A stretch of 59,201 bases of DNA from Welwitschia mirabilis (lineage: Eukaryota), in contig JBOZIK010000001.1 of NCBI GenBank assembly GCA_051453625.1, positions 13,047,196 to 13,106,396 on the forward strand, given 5' to 3'. How positions within the stretch are numbered: position 1 is the first letter of the stretch; each line of letters starts with the position of its first letter. Positions 52,483-59,201 of the stretch are shown here, piece by piece. Position numbers and translations under genes: made by a program. The notes under the pieces are model-generated. The model saw only the letters and a list, made by a program, of their open reading frames with translations. It was not told where the DNA came from and did not search any database.

Positions 52483-55390
52483 ATGTAGAAAGTATTCATG
52501 AGTAAGATAATCTTGGCTAAGATGATCAAAAGTAGAATAGTATTTATCTTAAAGATAATAGATACTAGAAGTTTAAGGAACTACAAATCAATTGGGATAT
52601 GTAATGTGCTTTATATGACTTTTGCAAAGATAATGGTTTGTTGGATCATCCCTTTATTACCCAAGGTTATCTTTACAAATTAAGCTAGCTTCATCTAATT
52701 CAAATACATTCAAGATCAAATTTTACTTACTTATGAGATTATCTGTTCTACTAAAAAGCATAAATTTCCTCTAATGCTTATCAAAATTAATATAGCTAAA
52801 GCATATGACATGGTTAGCTCGAGTTCTCTAGGAGCCATACTTAGGAAAAATAGGTTTACAAAAGATATAATAACTCTATGGATGGACATGTAGGCTTCAT
52901 TCAAATTTTGCCTAGAGACTAATGGCACTAGATTTGAGTATTTCATAGTAGTATGAGATATCAGACAAGGAGACCCATTATCACCTTACCTATTTCTATT
53001 TGTTATGGACGTTTTGTAGGAAATGCTAGAAAGAAGTTGTATTAAAGGAATTAAGATCACGAAATAAATATTTATTAATAATCATTATATTAATGATATA
53101 ATCATAATGACTCAAGCCTTTTATTAGTAATCTAGAGCCATTAGAAATTTAATGGACCTATTCAATAAATTCATGAGACTGATGGTAAACTAAACTAAGA
53201 CAAGAATCCACTTTATAGCTTTGCATATCATGCATAGGGGAAACATCACCTAGATATTAAAAGCAAAATAAGGGGGAATTAATGATATTTATTTAGGAAT
53301 CTCACTACAGCATTGAAATCAAATCCAAACTTGGAAGCAAATCATTGAGAAAATTCAAAAAAAATGTAGTACTTGAACAAATAAATTCCTCTTCTTAAAA
53401 GCAAAAGTTACTCTTACCAACTTCTATCTCATAGCTACTTTTAAATACTTAGCTTTTGTTATCACTTCCCTAAAGTACATTATTAAAAAAAGAAAGAGAA
53501 GGATTAAAAACTTTGTCTAGTCAAAAAAAAGGATAAAAATAAAATTCCCCTTCATAAATGAAACATTATTGCCCACCAAAAAGAATCTAGAGGTGGGGGG
53601 CTTCAAAGACTAGAAGATTTCCTTCTAACAAGAGTAAATAAAATAATTAGGAGATTATACATAAATGATTACCACTAAAGAAACTCAGTCAAGTATAAGT
53701 ACGACCTTTGGAATAGTAAAGCAGGGCAGTCTTATCTTTAGAGGCATGTGGTAAACTTCTACCAAGAGCTTAAGAGTATAGGCATCACTTTGAAAGACAT
53801 TATTAAATCTATCTTAATCAACGAGTATGAAAAGATGCAAGGGGTAGAAGAATGTTAGAAGGAAAATATATTGGATAAAGTTTTAAAAAATTTGGATTTT
53901 ACAAAAGAATAAGATCTTAACTAGAGATAATTTAATTAAAAGGAAACTTGTGGTTTTACCTTCATGTCTCATCTTCTAAGAAACTAAAGAGACTAATAAT
54001 CATTTATTTAAGAAGTGTACATGGAATAAGCAACTTATCACATTAATGCGAAAATTCTACACTAAAAGAAGAGTATGAAAGATGGTAGGTTAAGGGGCTA
54101 CATCTAACATAATGGTAGATTTGGAAGATATACATTAAGATTATTTTTTCTACTAACGTCCTTCTCCTCCCTACATAAATGGCCTATAACTTGAAATGGT
54201 ATTCTTCCAAAATTTGTGTAGCCTTGGGCATTTCTTCCCTGTTTGAACTAAATAAAATAATCCTTTATGAATCTACCCAGGGTTATGATAGAAAGTATAG
54301 GCCATTGGATGGAAACCTCTAATGAAGAGACTAAAAGAAAAACCAAAGATGGATGTCATTCCCTTTTTTAGGAACTGGAGAGAAAACTCCATAAAGTATA
54401 AGAGAGCAAAAATTTAGCTTATAGGAGACACTACTTTAAAAGGATATCTTGAGATTCTAATGGAGGAAGAAAGAATTCCTATTGATACCAAGGAATAGTG
54501 GGAAGCTTATTACTTCTTTCTAGTAGGTATTCCTAAACTCTCAAGTGGACATATTTGTATAAGTTCTCTTCCACTCCATGGAGTTTAGGAGTAAAAATGA
54601 TGGACAAATACTTCATTCATTCCAGTTACACCTCTAAGCTAACATGTATTTATTTTCTCTTCCTCAAATTCCTAGACTTATAGAAATGGATAATACATCA
54701 TATTTCTTTCTCTAAGTTTTGAAAAAAAAAAAAAAGGATAAAACTAGACATTCAAGACAGGTTATGACCTTATGAAGGGCAGTAAAGGTGGGCGAAGAGA
54801 TCCCACAAGCCCTTTCTTATAAGAAGACAAAAGTGTACAANNNNNNNNNNNNNNNNNNNNNNNNNNNNNNNNNNNNNNNNNNNNNNNNNNTAAATGAGAC
54901 AATAATGAAATCTACCTTATCCCTGAAGGAAATGGAAAAGGATCACCCCACCCCATATAATGAGTAAATAAGTGCAATCCCATCCCCATCCCCCAATGAA
55001 CAGCTAAGGAAAACTTTGCCTCTAACTCCTAGTGAGTAGGAGAGCCCGCAGTTAGATCTATAAGAGTAGATCATAAAGTAAAAGAAAAAGATGAAGAGGA
55101 TGCTAACCAAGAGTAAGACAATCCCTAATAAAATCAAGGATCAAAAGTGGAGGAGCTAGATATGGAAAAGAATAGATGCTCAGTTTTGATGGCAATTATC
55201 AAAGAACTATAGAAATGTCCATACACCATATTGGGAGCTATTCACATTGAATTCCATCAAAACCACATATAGAAGGAATTCCCTAATACTTTACTTAAAA
55301 AAAAATCCAAAAGGGGTTGACATGTTCAAAGAACTAAATCAAACCTTTGAGGTGTTAGCATATAAGCTGAGTAGAAATCTCATCTGAAAG
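52483..55390 (+). pseudogene. LINE ORF2 3' part: reverse transcriptase, zf-RVT and C-terminal RNase H-like region
   Basis: RNYKSIGICNVLY, KINIAKAYD, IRQGDPLSPYLF (~52960), YINDI, GGLQ and LTRDNLIKR..SCLIF..ETNNHLFKKC (53917-54020). Confidence 0.9.
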
Positions 55391-55649
55391 CAATCATAAT
55401 CACCTATTTTTTGGATGCAGGGACTTTTAATCACCTTTTAGTTTCTTAGTTTTTGTATTCAGAGACTTCCTTAGCCCTTTTGTTATATTATTTTTAGTTT
55501 GAGTTGTGTTTTAGTTATTGTCTGGTCTTTGCTAAGTATACATTTAGAAGCTAACTACTTCCTTGCTTATCTCGTGTCCAAGAGAGTCTTTGCCCCTTCT
55601 GTATTATATTTGCATTAATAGAATTTTCAATTTTTATTTCAAAAAAAAA

Positions 55650-56140
55650 TATGTTCTATCTTGCTTCAAAATCAACATGTTTTCTCACATACCTATTTAC
55701 TTCCTTGATGAAGATTTATAGTACTTGATAGAATTAAAATTCATAATGAGGATTGCACTAATAAAGGCTATAAAATGTACATATGCCTTTCCATATCTAT
55801 GTTCCTACTTTATCACAAACTTATTAGTTATTTATGTAGATGATATATTTTATTATCAGAAAATAATTTTCTCATGAAGGCATTCTTAAGTTCCTTATGA
55901 AATCAAATTGGATTTTATAACATTTATAATTAAAAATTTTATTATCTTTTCTTATATTTTTAAATGTAATCATTTTTTTTCCTATCTACAACTATTGGTT
56001 CTAGGAGTTCTAACATGTTTTCAAACTCTACTAGATGTGTCATAAGATCCTTAGTGTCTATTCCATAAAAGAAGGATAATAATTATACATTTTTAACTTG
56101 TAAATTTAATTTAAGTAAAAAAAAAAATACTAAGAGTCCA
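55650..56140 (-). pseudogene. Element A gag N-terminal (capsid) part
   Basis: Minus strand reads LSFFYGIDTKDLMTHLVEFE (LPxFxG..DP..HL..F), LKNAFMRK and CNPHYEF..IFIKEV..HVDFEAR*NI, which joins NILNK at 39541. Confidence 0.75.
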
Positions 56141-58445
56141 TCTCAAATTTGGCCATGTTGAAAGATTATATATTTTACTTTTCATTCTTGTTGGGTTACA
56201 TTGGGAAGCTATGAACCTATGTATTTTCCAAATTGAGCTTATTAAAGAGATGTTATTCTAACTTGATTTTATTAAAAGTGAGATGATAAAGCAGGTTATC
56301 TTGTTTTTAATACTAGATTTCATTATGGCATTGGTCCAAGATGTTACAGAAAATTTTTTTAAGGTATTATAGTGGAGTTAAAGGTTAATCCTAGCAGAGG
56401 TATTATTAGAAAATTTACTCTGAGTATCCTAAGTAGCAAACTCATAGTTAATGGACGTGTCAAGTTGGAAACTTTAATGCTAAAATTAGATTAGGATTGA
56501 AATTTAAAGTTGAAGATAGTAATAATTCTACATTCTAAGTTGAAGAAAATAAAATAAAATTTTGGGTTTAAATTTAAATATAGTATTCACATTTTATACT
56601 ATATATCTTACATTATTCTTTTGATTGTATAATGCTTATTTTCAACCCTCATAAGACTATTGGATGTTCTTATTTGGATTATCTTATATGGTACTTTTAG
56701 TTTTGCATCTATTATATTCAAGTTATCTTGGCTTGTTAATATTTCTTATTGAGTGTGGAATAACTTAAGAGTAGATACGAGTGTATTTTCATTATTCTTG
56801 TTTTTGTTGTTTTTTATATTTACCCTTTTGGAATTATTTGTTTTTTCATTATTATTTTCTATTAAGTTAAATTGTGTATTGATGACCTCACTAAACAGCT
56901 TCATACCCCTAGTTTTAATTAATTCATTTTAAATACATAGGAAGGTACTTGAAGTAGATATGAAATAGTTCCTTTAGTAGGTAGTCATTTTGTAAGTTCA
57001 AAATCCTTTAGCTTCTTTAAAAGTTAAAGAGTAATTATTGATTTAGATGTTTATATTTACTTGAAAAAATATATGTTTATTACACTCTTAAATTAGTTGA
57101 AAGGATCTCTCTGTGCCTTAGATTTGGTTAACCAATATAGCTAGTTGAAAAGGTTTTTTATCTAGATTTAAGAGAGGTCCTATCTTTTTTTTTTTTTTAA
57201 AGGATGAGAGACAATGTTTAAAGTTATATTTTATTAATACCACTTATGAAATCTCTTATTTGGATTATATTCAATAGTAATGTCTTCTTTAGATATTAGT
57301 GCCCTNNNNNNNNNNNNNNNNNNNNNNNNNNNNNNNNNNNNNNNNNNNNNNNNNNNNNNNNNNNNNNNNNNNNNNNNNNNNNNNNNNNNNNNNNNNNNNN
57401 NNNNNTTTCAAAGGAGAAGAGACAATGTTTAAAGTTATATTTTATTTATACCACTTATGAAATCTCTTATTTGGACTATATTCAATAGTAATGTCTTCTT
57501 TAGATATTAGGGCCCTAGGTTCTAAATGTTATTCCTTAACTTCAAACTAAATGAAAATTTTTTTAAGGTTATCATGTGTCCAATATTATTGTATTGGAAG
57601 GTTGTAGGTTTAGTTATGTCTTCTACTAATGATATTGTTTCAAGTTGAGGACTTGTATAAATTAAGCATTAAGAGGTTTAATCTCTTATCCATGTTGGTT
57701 ACTTATGACATTTTTCTTAACCATGTATAATAATTTTAATGCACAATAAAATTCATGAGAAAAGCATAAAAATTATTATTCCAATTTTGTATTTCCTTAT
57801 GAATTTTTCTTTTTTCACTATCTTAAGTTGTAATAAAGTTTTCAAGAATGGTAAGCTATACTACCCTTATTGGTAAAAATAATTTTTATAAATGGACTCA
57901 AAAGATTATATATACTTAACTAGATTCTGCCATTTAATGTAGCCTACTTTCAATAATCTTCACACATCCTTTCTCTTGAGGTCTCTAATATTCTTAGTAT
58001 TATATCTTTTAAACAAAGGAAATGATTAGTATTTTTATAAGTTTTTGATTTTATCAAAAAGAGACTTACTATTAAGTAGAAAAGAGAATTTAGAATAATT
58101 ACACAAAGATATAAAATATGTAAAAAGAAAGAAGAAGAAGAAAAAGTAAAGAAAACAAAAAGTAAGTAAAAAATTCAAGAAAAATGTTCAAAATTTAAAA
58201 GTAAAATAAATTACAAAATAAAGGAAAGATAAAGTATGAATAAAAGATGGAAATTAAATACAAATAAGGCAAAGTAGTAAAATAAAATAAAGGATTTGAT
58301 ACAAAAGATGATAACTTAGAATTGTAAAACTTCATATAAAAATAGTAGAATAGACTTAAAGAAAAGATTTCACATTTAAAATTTAATAATTAAAAATGGA
58401 AAGGGATCTACTTAACCAATTTTGAGATTTTAAATCACCAATGCT

Positions 58446-58463
58446 TCCTTATCAAGAGCACTA
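58446..58463 (-). promoter_or_regulatory. Heavily decayed tRNA-Asp PBS, probably of element A
   Basis: TCCTTATCAAGAGCACTA versus reverse-complement consensus TCCCCGGCAACGGCGCCA. It adjoins an A-rich tract (58080-58400) equivalent to the T-rich 5' UTRs of B, C and D. Confidence 0.5.
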
Positions 58464-58469
58464 AAACAT

Positions 58470-58997
58470 TATGAGTAGTAAGAAACTAGGTAAGCTAATC
58501 ATGACTTACCTATCATACACCATGAGAACTTTTGGATGTCAATTTGAAATAACTGAAGCTAGAATTGAGCTAAATACATGTAATAAATTTCTTTTTCTAA
58601 TAAACAAATAAAAATAACTTAACTAAATACAAATACTAGTATGAAAAAAAATGAAAAAAAGTTAAAAAAACAATTAACTTCAACATACATTAAAAAGAAA
58701 CATGAATAACATTGATTTTATAGAGCTAATAGTTATCATCATATGAAGACTATATTTAAATACAAAGTAGAATTAATTTCAAATTGATCTCTCATAATCC
58801 TATAAATAGATCACATCATAAAATAAAATAAAGATAATAATATACACTAAAATTTTCATCATCCATTTTCTAAGATTAATTTCCACAATGATGAAGTATT
58901 AAACATATTAGACATAATATCATGAGTTTAAACCCCTGCATTAGCAAGAGTGTACAGTTTGCATGGATCTAAGTTTCATTGGTATTTTTATGGCACA
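58470..58997 (-). repeat. Probable U5 part of element A 5' LTR, interrupted by a Sirevirus LTR
   Basis: Lies next to the putative PBS and has weak compositional similarity to the other LTR 3' halves. No partner LTR is in the window. Confidence 0.4.
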
Positions 58998-59201
58998 TGA
59001 TAAGATCGAAAACACTAGAGGAGGGGAGGGAGATGAATAGATTCTTAAAAAAAAAAAAAATTCTAAACAAACTAATAATATAACAAAAACTTGCACAAAA
59101 TAATTTGCTAATTGAAAACATGCATGAAAAGCAAAGATAATAAAATTTAAAAAAATGAATTAACTAAAAGTACAAAATACCAAATAGATACACACAAGAT
59201 T
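58998..59201 (-). mobile_element. 3' end of a Sirevirus LTR related to 3398-5517
   Basis: The reverse complement has TTGTGTGTATCTATTTGGTATTTT (cf. TTGTGTGCATCTGATTGGTATTTT at ~5330), the C-rich CTATTCATCTCCCTCCCCTCCTCTAG and a terminal CA. No PBS is adjacent, so this is a 3' or solo LTR. Confidence 0.85.

Larger units (their letters stand above)
39554..55649 (+). mobile_element. Plant L1-clade LINE, near full length, split by composite D
   Basis: ORF1, ORF2 (EN-RT-zinc finger-RNase H-like), T-rich 3' UTR and AATAGAA...TTTCAAAAAAAAA tail. Candidate 13-bp TSD AATATGTTTCATC (39541) / AATATGTTCTATC (55648). The 5' end is inferred from this TSD. Confidence 0.85.

Noticed and set aside
55826..55850. 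Plus-strand LVIYVDDIF, resembling a copia or caulimovirus RT active site
   Set aside because: No other RT motifs flank it, and the opposite strand carries ordered gag motifs, so this is a chance match.
1..59201. Host gene exons, and assignment to a species
   Set aside because: Nearly all segments are explained by retroelements and no exon-like sequence was seen. The sequence alone supports only 'AT-rich, heavily methylated plant genome'.

Overview
Very AT-rich plant (angiosperm-type) nuclear DNA from a gapped draft assembly. I found no host gene, RNA gene or CRISPR array; essentially every base belongs to a nest of decayed retrotransposons. The oldest layer is a minus-strand Athila-like Ty3/gypsy element (A). 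Its pieces (pol 5518-8274, mid-gag 38768-39540, gag N-terminus 55650-56140, PBS/LTR ~58446-58997) have been pushed apart by four insertions: a pol-deleted Sirevirus (1-5517), a full-length Athila-like element B with an extra ORF (8275-38762), an L1 LINE (~39554-55649) and a second Sirevirus LTR (58998-end). B contains two solo LTRs and a three-LTR composite C (12606-25621). The LINE contains another three-LTR composite D (42375-52477). Six internal insertions can be closed with degenerate target-site duplications. All ORFs are destroyed, mostly by C>T/G>A changes. The most notable observations are the two three-LTR units that seem to have moved as single pieces, a conserved GC-rich ~170-nt foldable block in the Athila 3' region, and a possible second RNase H in the LINE. 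All alignments and translations were done by eye, so boundaries not anchored on termini or TSDs are approximate.
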